This document shows positions 24,156 through 37,038 of a stretch of 64,000 nt of DNA, piece after piece (position 1 is the first letter of the stretch; each line of letters starts with the position of its first letter). A program made the translations under genes and the position numbers. The notes under the pieces were generated by a model, which was not told the DNA's origin, made no database searches, and saw nothing but the letters and a program-made list of their open reading frames with translations. The DNA comes from Eledone cirrhosa (lineage: Eukaryota): the NCBI GenBank assembly GCA_964016885.1, contig OZ024747.1:1984001-2048000 (forward strand), in the 5' to 3' direction.

Positions 24156-24500
24156 GTATGTATATATATTTCGTTTCTGAATTTGTTTAGCAAGATTCTT
24201 TATCTGAAAACGTGTGTTGAAACCGATATTGTTATACTTTGGGAGGGTCATGTTGCCAATAAGAAACACACGCACCAGTTGCTTTCACTTCAATTTATTA
24301 TAATAAATTTATAAATTTAGGAATTTATAAATTTCCGGTTGGGTGGTTGGTTCCACAACCAGATGGTTGTTTATATATTGTCAAAGTTCTTTCGTCACGC
24401 ATTTTGTGACCTCTTCAGTGACTGGGGATTCTTTTCTTTGTTTTTGTGCCTCTCCTTTGTTCTGACCTACGCCATCTTGTTTCTGTGTGTGTTTCACATC
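23936..24500 (-). mobile_element. PLE-like terminal repeat (family P1), partially duplicated in tandem
   Basis: 23936-24080 repeated at 24168-24312; hammerhead at 24380-24422; ORF start [28 protein letters not shown]. Confidence 0.7.
24380..24422 (-). ncRNA. Minimal type I hammerhead ribozyme
   Basis: GTCA-CTGAAGA-g-GTCAC(loop)GTGAC-GAAAG-aa-CTT-TGAC. Confidence 0.7.
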
Positions 24501-24506
24501 TTGTTT

Positions 24507-26186
24507 CACAGTTGATTAGGGACCGGGTGAAACTAGATGAGATTCAATTTGGGTTTGTACCAGGAAGAGGCACCACTGATGCCCTCTCCCTTGTGAGGCA
24601 GTTACAGGAAAAGTGCCTAGCTAAAAGTAAGCCACTCTACCTGGCATTTGTAGATCTCGAGAAAGCCCTTGACAGAGTTCCACGTGCTGTAATCTGGTGG
24701 GCTCTTAGAAAACTAGGAGTAGATGAATGGCTTGCGAAAGCGGTACAAGCCATGTATAGGGGAGCAGTCAGCAAAGTTAGGATTAGCAATGAGTATAGCG
24801 AGGAATTTAGCGTACAGGTTGGTGTCCACCAGGGCTCTGTTCTTAGCCCTCTCCTGTTCATCATAGTCCTGCAGGCAATAACGGAGGAGTTTAAGACCGG
24901 ATGCCCATAGGAACTCCTGTATGCTGATAATCTCGCGCTTATAGCTGAATCTATGGTAGAACTAGAGAAGAAATTCCAAACCTGGAAGCAGGGACTAAAA
25001 AGAAAGGGTCTCAAAGAAAGTCAACATGACAAAGACTAAGGTCCTTGTAAGTAGACGAGAAAACAGAACCCAGATCCCTCAGGGAAATGGCCTTGCTCAG
25101 TATGTAGGAAAGGTGTAGGTAGGAACTCTATTCTCTGCCCCAAATGCAAACAATGGGTACACAAGAGATGTAGCGGGATCTCAGGAAGCTTAATTAAGAA
25201 TGTAGGCTTCACATGCAGCAGCTGTGCTGGGACAGCAAGCAGCAAACAGCCACAGAAAACAAGTACCACCAATCTCTGGGAGGGCTCTGTAGAAACAGTA
25301 GACAGCTTCTGCTACCTAGGTGACCGAATTAGCAGCGAGGGTGGGTGTTCAGAAAGTACAATAACTAGGGTAAGAACGGGATGTAAGAAGTTCAGGGAAC
25401 TACTGCCACTTGCTAGCTGCAAAAGGCTTCTCCCTCAAAATGAAAGGCAGACTGTATGCTGCGTCTATCCGAACAGCAATGTTACATGGTAGTGAGACCT
25501 GGGCGCTGAAGGTGGAAGGCTTACCTAGATTAGAGAGAAACGAAGCCTGCATGCTCCGATGGATGTGTAATAGTAATATACACGAACGACAAAGCATAAA
25601 TGAATTGAGAGAGAGACTGAGCATAAGAGGAATCAAATGCTGTGTGCAGGAGAGGCGGTTGCGTTGGTATGGACATGTGATGCGTATGAAGGATGACAGC
25701 TGCATAAAAAGGTGCAGAGCAGTAGAAGTCGATTGAAACTGCGGAGCGGGGAGACCCAAGAAGACCGGGGATGAGGTGATAAAAGCCGACCTTACCCAAT
25801 TACACCAAAGGCGATGACACACGACCGTGACCTCTGGCGTCACGCAGTAATACAGAGTACCCGACCTCCCATGGGTACAAGCTGAAGCATATAGACAATA
25901 TGCCCCCACACCCTCCCACTGCAAGGTGGTCGTGGAGGTGCCACAGCAAAAAAGCACCCAGCCCACACTGTAAAGTGGACGTGTAGGTGCCACGAAAAAG
26001 CACCCAGCACTCACTGTAAATGAGGTTGGTGTTAGGAAGGGCATCCAGCTGTAGAAATCAAACCAAAATCAGTTCCTGTATGAGCAAGGCATGGTCAGCC
26101 GACCAGACACTGCCTACAACAGGACAACCCGTCTAACCCATGCTAGCATGGAAGAACGGACGTAAAATGGTGATGATGATGATGAT
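24507..26186 (+). mobile_element. RTE family A copy, 5'-truncated, with stops and frameshifts
   Basis: QFGFVPGRGTTDAL, GVHQGSVLSPLLF, TAG at 24908, mutated YADN; full 3' UTR. Confidence 0.93.
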
Positions 26187-26953
26187 ACATATATACATAT
26201 ATATATATGTATATACATATATATATGTATATACATATATATATATGTATATATATATATGTATATACATATATACATATATATATGTATATATATATGT
26301 ATATACATATATACATATATATATGTATATATATCTATCTATATATGTATATACATATATACATATATATATGTATATATATCTATCTATATACATATAG
26401 ATATATGTATATATATCTATATGTATATATATATATCTATATGTATATATATCTATCTATATACGTATATACATATATATATGTATATATATCTATCTAT
26501 ATACATATATATATATGTATATATATCTATCTATATATGTATATACATATATACATATATATATGTATATATATCTATCTATATATGTATATACATATAT
26601 ACATATATATATGTATATATGTATATACATATATAGATATACATATATATATGTATATATATCTATCTATATATGTATATACATATATACATATATATAT
26701 CTATCTATATATGTATATACATATATACATATATATATATATCTATCTATATATGTATATACATATATACATATATATATATATCTATCTATATATGTAT
26801 ATACATATATACATATATATATATATCTATCTATCTATATATGTATATACATATATACATATATATATGTATATATATCTATCTATATATGTATATACAT
26901 ATATACATATATATATGTATATATATCTATATATATATATATATATACATATA
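26187..26953. repeat. TA-rich complex microsatellite
   Basis: Direct inspection. Confidence 0.9.
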
Positions 26954-27177
26954 TCATCATCAACGTTTAACGTCCGTGTTCCACGCTTGCATGGGTTTGG
27001 ACGGGGGTATTCCCACTTGAGGCAAGAGTGATTGTCTTGCTCGCATAGGACTGTCTGGCAGGTTTTCTACAGTTGGATGCCCTTCCTAACACCAACCACA
27101 TTTACAGTGTGGGTCTGGGAGGTTTTTACCGTGTTGCCTACACGGCCACATTACAGCGTGGACTGTGTGTTTTTTTA
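26954..27177 (-). mobile_element. RTE-type 3' tail (family C)
   Basis: Hairpin CCATGCAAGCGTGG, GGAAGGGCATCCA motif, GAT tail; near-identical to 48858-49082. Confidence 0.8.
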
Positions 27178-27227
27178 TGTATATATATCTATATATATAT
27201 ATACATATATATGTATATATATCTATC

Positions 27228-27259
<32 letters not shown>

Positions 27260-27261
27260 TA

Positions 27262-27637
27262 CAAAGCGAAACCTAGTCAGTAGGCACCTCTAACAAAAAT
27301 AGACCCCCCCCCCCCCCCCCCCCCTTCATCCACACCACCCCTTCCTATGTAAAGTTATGTTGGTACCACAACATCCAGCCCGAAACAAATGAGGTCGTGT
27401 AGGTGTCACGACAAAAAACACACAGTCCACGCTGTAATGTGGCCGTGTAGGTAACACGGTAAAAACCTCCCAGTCCACACTGTAAACGTGGTTGGTGTTA
27501 GGAAGGGCATCCAACCATAGAAAACCCGCCAGACAGTCCTATACGAGCAGGACAACCAATCCTGCCTCGAGTGGGAAAAGTCCCATCCAAACCCATGCAA
27601 GCGTGGAAGATGGACGTTAAACGATGATGATGATGAT
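27262..27637 (+). mobile_element. RTE-type 3' UTR (family C) with poly-C tract
   Basis: Same architecture as the RTE-A UTR: C-run, degenerate ~48-bp units, terminal hairpin, (GAT)n. Confidence 0.8.
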
Positions 27638-27711
27638 ACATATATATATACATATATATATATACATATATACATATACACATATATACATATATATATA
27701 CATATATATAC

Positions 27712-27745
<34 letters not shown>

Positions 27746-27748
27746 TAC

Positions 27749-27783
<35 letters not shown>

Positions 27784-28074
27784 CATGTATATACTAGACA
27801 GTATGGAAGAGAAAAACAGCAAAGTTTATTTGTGTATGAATAGTGGATAAAAATAGATATGAAGTAATCATTGTAGCACCTATTGTTGACGGTGAAATGA
27901 AGGAAAGATAATTAAGGTAAACATGAAATGATATGATCACGTTAAAGATAAGGCAACAAACATTTTATATGAAATGTCAGAAAACAGAATTGGGAAAATT
28001 CTTTTTGAAAGATAATGTAAAGAGAACTGTGAAACATTAAATAATAATAATGATATCACTAAATAAATAATAAT

Positions 28075-28252
28075 AATTGTTTCTACTTTTGGCATAAGGC
28101 CAGCAATTACCCAGTACATTACTGGTACTTTATTTTATCGACCCCGTAAGTATGAAAGGCAAAGTTAACCTCAGCAGGGTTTGAACTCAGATCGTAAAGG
28201 GACGTAACTATTTGCGTCAAAGCATGGCGTCCGACCCTCTACTGATACTGCC
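28075..28252 (-). mobile_element. S1 SINE
   Basis: Family similarity. Confidence 0.88.
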
Positions 28253-28607
28253 AAATAATGCCAAAAATGGTAGAGAGGTTTCTTCAGTTATGTCATTGGC
28301 ATAATGACCTCTCTAGTGCTGGTGCCACAGCTTTGCACCCAGAACAATCTGTAAAAGGGTTACCATTAGAAAGTGCATTTAGCTGTAGAACCATGCCAAA
28401 CAGCAATGTATGTAAATAATAAGTGGGCCCCACACCTACTTTTGAAGACAGTAACTCCAGGTATGTGTACTGCCCTGGTCTATAATCTCAAGAAAGGCAA
28501 ACGTAAATGGAGAGAGAGAGATTGGAACCATATTCGATTTTCACATGCTTCTATTTCTGTTCCATGATCAAGATAGTAACTTGAACTGATGATATATTGT
28601 TGGGACT

Positions 28608-28742
28608 CATCATCATCATCTTCGTTTAACGTCCATTTTCCACGCTAGCATGGGTTAGACGGGAGTTGTCCCACTTGAGGCAAGGCTGGTCGGGTGACCG
28701 TGTCTCGCTCACATAGGACTATCTGGCAGGTTTTCTATGGCT
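28608..28742 (-). mobile_element. RTE-type 3' tail fragment
   Basis: catcatc...cgtttaacgtcc...ccacgctagcatggg. Confidence 0.75.
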
Positions 28743-29396
28743 GTATAATATTAGGTGGTTGTGACTTGTGTATAATATTAGGTGATTGTGACTCGTGTAT
28801 AATATAAGGTGATTGTGACTGGAGTATAATATAACATGATTGTGACTCATGTATAATATAAGGTGGTTGTGACTCATGTATAATATAAGGTGGTTGTGAC
28901 TCCTGTATAATATTAGGTGGTTGTGACTCGTGTATAATATAAGGTGGTTGTGACTCGTGTATAATATAAGGTGGTTGTGACTGGAGTATAATATAAGGTG
29001 GTTGTGACTGGAGTATAATATAAGGTGGTTGTGACTGGAGTATAATAAAAGGTGGTTGTGACTGGAGTATAATAAAAGGTGGTTGTGACTCATGTATTAT
29101 ATTAGGTGGTTGTGACTCATGTATAATATTAGGTTGTTGTGACTGGAGTATAATATAAGGTGGTTGTGACTGGAGTATAATATAAGGTGGTTGTGACTGG
29201 AGTATAATATAAGGTGGTTGTGACTCATGTATTATATTAGGTTGTTGTGACTGGAGTATAATATGAGGTGGCTGTGACTTTTGTATAATATGAGGTGGTT
29301 GTGACTCATCATCAGCATCATTTTATGTCCGCTTTTCCCTGCTTGCAAGGGTGGGACTCGTGTATAATATGAAGTTGTTGTGACTCATGTATAATA
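28743..29396. repeat. 27-bp minisatellite, about 22 copies, interrupted by a ~50-bp RTE-B terminus (29308-29357)
   Basis: Unit GTATAATATAAGGTGGTTGTGACTGGA. Confidence 0.93.
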
Positions 29397-29508
29397 TCCT
29401 ACAGAACTATCTTTCCTTTCCAATCAGATTCTCTATAACATTTGAGTTAAGGTTTTCTTCTCCCCACTATATTAACATTATCAATTCTACACCACGTTAA
29501 ATACAAAC

Positions 29509-29950
29509 GTACTAACTTCACTGTTATACTACAGTTTGGTACTAACTTCTCTGTTATACTACAGTTTGGTACTAACTTCACTGTTATACTACAGTTTGGT
29601 ACTAACTTCACTGTTATACTAGTTTGGTACTAACTTCACTGTTATACTACAGTTTGGTACTAACTTCACTGTTATACTAGTTTGGTACTAACTTCACTGT
29701 TATACTACAGTTTGGTACTAACTTCACTGTTATACTACAGTTTGGTACTAACTGCACTGTTATACTAGTTTGGTACTAACTTCACTGTTATACTACAGTT
29801 TGGTACTAACTTCTCTGTTATACTACAGTTTGGTACTAACTTCACTGTTATACTAGTTTGGTACTAACTTCACTGTTATACTACCGTTTGGTACTAACTT
29901 CTCTGTTATACTACAGTTTGGTACTAACTTCTCTGTTATACTACAGTTTG
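29509..29950. repeat. 30/28-bp minisatellite, about 15 copies
   Basis: Unit GTACTAACTTCACTGTTATACT(AC)AGTTTG. Confidence 0.95.
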
Positions 29951-30597
29951 ATTGGAGCCCAATTTTAAATCTTTATTTCAGAACTCTTTTATTTTATTAG
30001 AATAGATTCATTTCACCTTTTTATTGGTCTTTCTACTTCATTATTCTTTTGGAAATATTTTTCTCTCAAAAGTTTTTCTTGCTTCTATATATTTGTTGGA
30101 CAATTTTAATAAACAATCTTTTATTATTTTTAATATATGAAGCTTAATAAACAGCTCCATCTTGTTCATAATTCTGAAGGTTTTTATAGGAACAACAGAG
30201 TTTATTGAATTTGTTATTATTAATATTGAAAGTGAAAGTAGAAATTAGAAATGGTAGAAATTATTGAGTTTAGAGGATTGGCAAAAGAGGAAAAGTGTTG
30301 GGAAATATACATTGCAGTACTTGTTTCGTTTCTTCACAATCTAAGTTCTATTTCAACAACAAGAATTTACTCTCTAGCTCTTTCTCAGATTCAGCTATAA
30401 AACTCAAGTAGTTAACACAGAGGAGCCCCCATGGCCAGCTGGTTCTCAGCTGTTCTATAATAAACAAGTTGGCTGAGGAGAAAGTCTTAACAAACAGCTA
30501 TCTACACTTTGAATTCCCCATTAAATTTGTTTCCTCTTCTCACTCTACTGACAATAAATCTGTACATGTCTTGCACTGCTCTTACAAGCCACTCATC

Positions 30598-30755
30598 TGC
30601 ATTGCTATGTGGTTAAGGAGTTTGCTTTGTATACCTCACGGTTCTGGGTGCAGTCCTGCTGCACAAAAATTTGGGTAAATGTCATCAGCTATAGCCTTGG
30701 GTTGACCAATGACTTGTGAGCCAAATATTCTGCAGACACTGCAGATATCTATTGT
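30598..30755 (+). mobile_element. Old tRNA-derived SINE (family S3); related copies about 645-740, 5460-5620, 6510-6660 and 51055-51225 on the - strand
   Basis: Degenerate A/B boxes followed by ttgggtaaatgtc..ctatagcc..gaccaatgacttgtgag. Confidence 0.5.
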
Positions 30756-31385
30756 ATATATATATATATATATATATAATCATTTTAACATCTGCTTTCC
30801 CTGCTAGCTTGGGGTGGATGGTCTACACAGACCAGTACTGAAGTGGGGTCACTGATCGCCCAGACAGTCCAGGGACCTGCATCTCATGTTCTACTGAGTG
30901 CACAGGAGAGGTTGCCATCTCTTTGACACAACTGAAAGGGCCTACCACTTTCAATTACAACAACACAAGTGTTTATCAACTGGTTCTTATTTTTATTAAC
31001 TTTAGATGAATGGTAAAGTTCCCCTGCCCAGTATTTTAACTCAGTTTGTAAAGAGATGTAACCAGAATACTACAAAGTATTTAGTCTGTTGCTCTACTGG
31101 TTTTTAACTTCTTTATTCTTACTTCACTTGAAAATAACTATGGATTGAATATTTCACTATTATTTAATTCTGATACTTTAACAAACAAACAAGAAAAATG
31201 TAAACAAAAACACAGGCGTAGACATGCAGACACAAATGAAATAGCAAAGAATTTGTTTATAATTTAATTTTGAAAATGTTAATTCTTAAGGTACTAAATT
31301 ACTGTTCAGTAATTAAGAAGAATTTTTTTAACCTTTCAAGACTATAATTGAAAAACCATAAAAAACTTGTCAAACCAACAGATAT

Positions 31386-31558
31386 AATTGTTTCTACTTT
31401 AGGCACAAGGCCAGCAATCACCCAGTGCATTACTGGTACTTTATTTTATCGACCCCGTAAGGATGAAAGGCAAAGTCAACCTCGGCGGGATTTGAACTCA
31501 GATCATAAAGGGACGTAACTATGCTGGAAAGCATGGCGTCCGACCCTCTACCGATACT
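31386..31558 (-). mobile_element. Young S1 SINE
   Basis: Near-identical reverse complement of 10340. Confidence 0.9.
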
Positions 31559-31574
31559 CCATCCTCCTGATTAC

Positions 31575-31629
31575 CTTTGCAGACTTAAACGAAGGCACTG
31601 AAAATAATGGGAGCAGAGAATCTCTAAAC
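31575..31629 (-). other. Candidate 55-nt exon
   Basis: Minus-strand acceptor tgtctttcag| and donor AAG|gtaatc. Confidence 0.3.
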
Positions 31630-32018
31630 CTGAAAGACATCATATTCATTGGTTTCTCAACTATTTAAATATTGATGTATAGATATACAAATGTGGAGAG
31701 AACGGTTTTGAAATATGGGAACATGACAACTTTATATATAACTCATTGTGCTAAGAGAAATAGTTGGCTGATGTTTCAGCACTTTCTCTTGGAGACTATG
31801 TTTTGAACACAGAAATATTATTTATGCAGGCAGAGTGTAAGAAATGCCATTATTTATGTATATGTGTATGTATGTATAAATGTGTATATATGTAGGTTAA
31901 TACATGTATGTGTATGTACATATAAATACACATATATACCTATATATATATATATAGATATCGATCTAAACCCTTATTATATATATTATATTTCCTCATT
32001 GTACTGTGTTGTTTGCTT

Positions 32019-32125
<107 letters not shown>

Positions 32126-34151
32126 CTGTATATTAATATAAATACATTGTATGAGAAAAGTCTTTAGTTGCCAATTCCTGATTAATCACTTCCAAAAATA
32201 AAGAATGTTGAATTGATCAGCAAATATAACCATAAATGACAAGAATGTTCAATGTTTTAGCATTGAAACAGTGAGAGCTAATAGTTACTTACCATCCTAA
32301 CATAGTTTCTTGAATTATTCATAATGACTGATAAGTGCTGAGAGAGAGAGATTTATAATTGGTGATGTTGTGAAAGCTCCCAGCCCACTTCACTCTCTCC
32401 CTACTTTACTGTCATAGTTATTCATGAAGACAGCCATTTTTAGTGAAAGTGTGCACGCTATTAACAAATGGCAACTTCATTGCTAGGTAGGAAATTACTT
32501 AGATTTCACTCAGCTTTATTTCAGATCAGGTGAATACATTATGACAATCATTAAATTTGTTTTTATTTTCCCCCTTTTTCATTGTGCAAATGTAATGAAA
32601 GTTATAAACAGCTAGTTTAATGATGGCAAATTATCATTGTGTTTACTCCTATCTACTTATGACACAATATTGATTATTTATGTCATCAAATTTTAGTATT
32701 TAATTGTACTTAATGGACATTTTTTTCTTTCCCTAACTTTGGCAAGGCATATTTTCATTTTCACAGCAGAATTGTTGAGTTGAAGTGAAATATTTCATTG
32801 TTTGTTCACTGTAGCAACATCTAAATTATGCTGACACTCTAATGAAGTTTTACTTTCACCCAGTCTACCAAACATTTCAAATCATTTCCTTTACTTCTGT
32901 TAGCTTTTAAATGAGATTCTCCACCCCAATACCTCAATAATAAATGTTCCTATTTACAACATTATTGGAATTAGACCATCTTGCAGTGACCATCACAGCT
33001 GGTCAAGTCAAATAGCATGTTAAAGGTGACTATAGTTACGATATAATATTATACAGCATTAACATATAGTTTAATATACAGTGTTAACATATAGTTTAGC
33101 TGGACAGTGATTTGGCTTATGTCAGATGCTGTGACCCTGCTGGACCAGCAGTACCGTTGATAGGGGTCGAAACTACCAAAGTCCATCTCAATGGTCAATG
33201 ACCCTGGAGTTCTGTCTTTCATTGTATTTTAATTTTTTAAAATATCTTTTAAAGGTTTCCCCTAAAAAAATGTTTTTCATTTTGCCTTGTTTTCATTTGT
33301 TGTCTTATCCTCTCTTTGTTAATTTTCCTAAGTTTATATAACAACCATTTCTCATTGAAAACCTAATATACAACTGTAACTGTCCAAGGATGGAATAATG
33401 AACAGTACAGATCAAAAATAAAGAAAACTAAATAATTATCAAATGTGTTCTTCCTTTTAGGAGAAATTTGGCTGCTGCTTCTAGCAATTGTAATGATCAC
33501 ATAGAAGCTCCCTATATACTGTTGTTGATGCTATTATAGTTAAGTTAATTAATGCAAGTCAGCTTGTATGTCTGTTATTACAATTTACACTGTTGTAGCG
33601 CTTAGCTCCTAGAAATCAATCAATGTTATTGATGTTGTAATCATTCTTGTTTAGTAAACACTGTTGAAATAGGTTAGCTTTTGTTGATATAATGAGTTCT
33701 ATTTAGGTATAAGTGATCATCTATGCTTGATCAACAAAGGCAAGATGGCAGAAAGTTTAAGGTTAAGTCACACTTATAAACCAATATTGGGTCAAGTATG
33801 ATATTAACATTGGAAGATGTGTGAATTACAAACAGAACTCTTAACCATAACCCTCATCATTATTGATAAAAGCCAGTGAAAGTCTCAATATAGTATAAAT
33901 ATTTAAGTATTTGAAAGCAAATGTCAGCAAAGATAGTTCTGCTTTTGAATATGGCCATGCATACTTAAATTAGAATGGCATAACATGCTTCACATTATGA
34001 AGAAGTAACTTTTGTAGATGAAAATATTTATCTGCCTAAAGATTTCTTCTAAATAACAAATATTGCTTTAATTTTCTGTCTCTTTTGTAAACAATTAAAT
34101 TTAATTAATCTAATCAATTTTCATATAATTTCATAAAATTGGGAAGTAGAT

Positions 34152-34360
34152 TGGCAGTAATCGGTAGAGCATCAGACACCTTGCTTTACAGCATAGAGTT
34201 ACGGCCCTTTGCGTTCTGAGTTAAAATCCCACCGAGGTTAACTTTGCCTTTCATCCTTACGGGGTCGATAAAATAAAGTACCAGTAACACACCGGCGTCG
34301 ATTTATTCAACTTTCCCCTCCCTCAAAATTGTTGGCCTTGTGACTATAGCAGAAATCTTT
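34152..34360 (+). mobile_element. S1 SINE (longer subfamily)
   Basis: Family similarity. Confidence 0.8.
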
Positions 34361-34390
34361 ATTATTCGGCCCTTGTGGCCAATAAATGAA

Positions 34391-34423
<33 letters not shown>

Positions 34424-35873
34424 GTATATTTCAATTTGTATTTTAACAGTTTCACATCTTTTGGGAACTATTTTAGTCAACAGTGATTGTGATGTTTATC
34501 AATGTGAATGTTTTCTTTATTTTTCAGTCCTTGATTATTATGTCTGCCTGGTTTACCTTACCTCCTTGTCAGCCTAGATGGACATATCCCAGATGATTGA
34601 GGCCAGGTTATTTTCATGTATCAGGTTTCACATAGATGTAATGGCATATAGTCCAGTGGATAGAGATGTATACCTAACTACAGCTCTTGTATTTATAACT
34701 GGGAAGCTATTTCTACTGGTTATGAAATAGAATGGGACCTCACTTAATATAGAATGTTGGTGTAACACAATGGCTGTAGTAGAATGGTTTCAACTCATTG
34801 CCACACAACCAACTTTCTGATATTTTTACTATAAGCTTATTATTCATATCTACTTTTATTTTCATATATTTTCAGGTCTAATTTCTTGTTTAAAACACCA
34901 ACAAAAGAATCAAAGGAAAGTGTTGATGGCAAAAATGATTCAATAAATTTCATGGGTTTTGATAAATTTGGAGAAGAGGAAACTGAAGGCTAAGAGAATA
35001 ACAGTTTTAAATTAAAAAAAAGATGTTTTCTCTCAGATGAAGTGTCAGTCTGAAAACATTACATTCCTCTTCTCTTCATAGAAATAATCCAAACTTCACT
35101 CTATAATTTCTTGATTGATTGGGGATTGATTTATTTAAATCATAAGTCTTGTGCAATTCCAAGATGTGTTTTATTCTCTATATTTGGGTCAATACTCCCT
35201 CTCTCTCTCACTTTTAGAATTAGAGTTGGAGGTACAGTTTTTCATTAGGTATTAACTTGATATAAAATACATTTGTTCATCACAACAAAAACATTTTCCA
35301 TACTTACTCTACAGTATAGAATCTCTGACAAATGGATATTTAATCAATATATCTAAATTCATTATTAAATTCTTTCTAGCGCTCATATTCTATTCCCATT
35401 TTTTACTCTTCAAAAAAAATTTCTTTTTATCATTCTTTTACTTCTTTTATTTTTATTCCCACCTTTTCTTGGCTATTTACTTCTCCCTATATACTTCCCT
35501 ACTACCCCCGAAAATATTCAATCAATACTCACATAACCAGAAATTTCCTTTTTGTCTCTCTCTCTCTCTTTGTCATGCTATCCCTATCTACGCACCAACA
35601 CCACCATCATGAGTATAGCACCTGATAATGCTGGGAGACTTCTAGTGTTTTCAGTTGTTAGAAGTGTAGAAGTGAGAAATTATAGTGATTTCATTGAAGG
35701 ATTATTCATAGAAATTCAAATGAGAAGCATTCAACTATAGAAAATATTTAATGTATGTATATATATATATATATGCTTGGATCTAGTTCTAGTTTAAAGT
35801 AATCCAATATTGCATTATACTTATTATTTGATTTCTAAATCAGTTTATCAGAGTCTTTTAAGCAAATCAAATG

Positions 35874-35938
<65 letters not shown>

Positions 35939-36248
35939 ACACACATATATATATATATATACATATATATATAATATATATATATGTATGTATATATATA
36001 CATATATATATGTATATATATATATATATGTATTTCGTTTCTGAATTTGTTTAGCAAGATTCTTTATCTGAAATCGTGTGTTGAAACCGATATTGTTATA
36101 CTTTGGGAGGGTCATGTTGCCAATAAGAAACACACGCACCAGTTGCTTTCACTTCAATTTAATTTATTAAATATTTATAAATTTACAAATTTATAAATTT
36201 CTGGTTGGTTGGTTGGTTCCACAACCAGATAGTTGTTTATATATATAT

Positions 36249-36295
36249 AGTCATAGTTCTTTCGTCACACACACTCTGTGACCTCTTCAGTGACT
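36249..36295 (-). ncRNA. Minimal type I hammerhead ribozyme
   Basis: AGTCA-CTGAAGA-g-GTCAC(agagtgtgt)GTGAC-GAAAG-aa-CTA-TGACT; CUA cleavage triplet. Confidence 0.75.
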
Positions 36296-36345
36296 GGGGA
36301 TTTCGTTCTTCGTTTCTGTGTCTTTCCTTCCTTTCTTCTATCCTA

Positions 36346-36392
36346 CGCCATTTTGTTTGTGTGTGGGTTGCGTGCTCAGTTTGCGCATGCGC
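36346..36392 (-). promoter_or_regulatory. YY1-like (CAAAATGGCG) and NRF1-like (GCGCATGCGCA) motifs upstream of the hammerhead
   Basis: Consensus matches; YY1-like motif conserved as CAAGATGGCG at 24470-24479. Confidence 0.4.
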
Positions 36393-37038
36393 CACATCCG
36401 GGTGTCTGTGTGTGTTTGTGTTCATTTTTCTATTTTTCTATTTATATTTTTCTATTTGTTTGTTTATTTATTTATTTATTGTTGGTTGGTTGGTTGTTTG
36501 TTCTATGTGTGTGTGTGTTTTCATTTTGTGTGTGTTTTCAATTGTAAGTTGTTTGTTCTATGTGTGTGTGTGTTTTCATTTTGTCCTTAATTGTAAGTTG
36601 TGATGTTGCTGTTCCACTCATATTTTCTATTTAATTTTGGTTTTAATTCTTTTATGCTTACTGCCTCTGTAATTACAACCAACCAACCAGAAATTTATAA
36701 ATTTGTAAATTTATAAATATTTAATAAATTAAATTGAAGTGAAAGCAACTGGTGCGTGTGTTTCTTATTGGCAACATGACCCTCCCAAAGTATAACAATA
36801 TATATATATGTACATATATATGTATATGTATATATGTACATATATATATATATATACGTATATATATATACACACATATATATATATATATATGTACATA
36901 TATATATATATATGTATGTACATATATATATATATGTATGTACATATATATATATGTACATATATATATATATGTACATATATATATATATATATGTACA
37001 TATATATATATTATATATATGTACATATGTACATATAT

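Larger units (their letters stand above)
36032..36800 (-). mobile_element. PLE-like family P1 element with 125-bp inverted terminal duplication
   Basis: 36091-36215 is the reverse complement of 36676-36800; hammerhead, YY1/NRF1-like motifs, ORF start; flanked by (TA)n. Confidence 0.75.

Noticed and set aside
28743-29950. CRISPR-like arrays of 27-30-bp repeats (also 39400-42882)
   Set aside because: Repeats are contiguous with no unique spacers, there are no cas genes, and the context is eukaryotic
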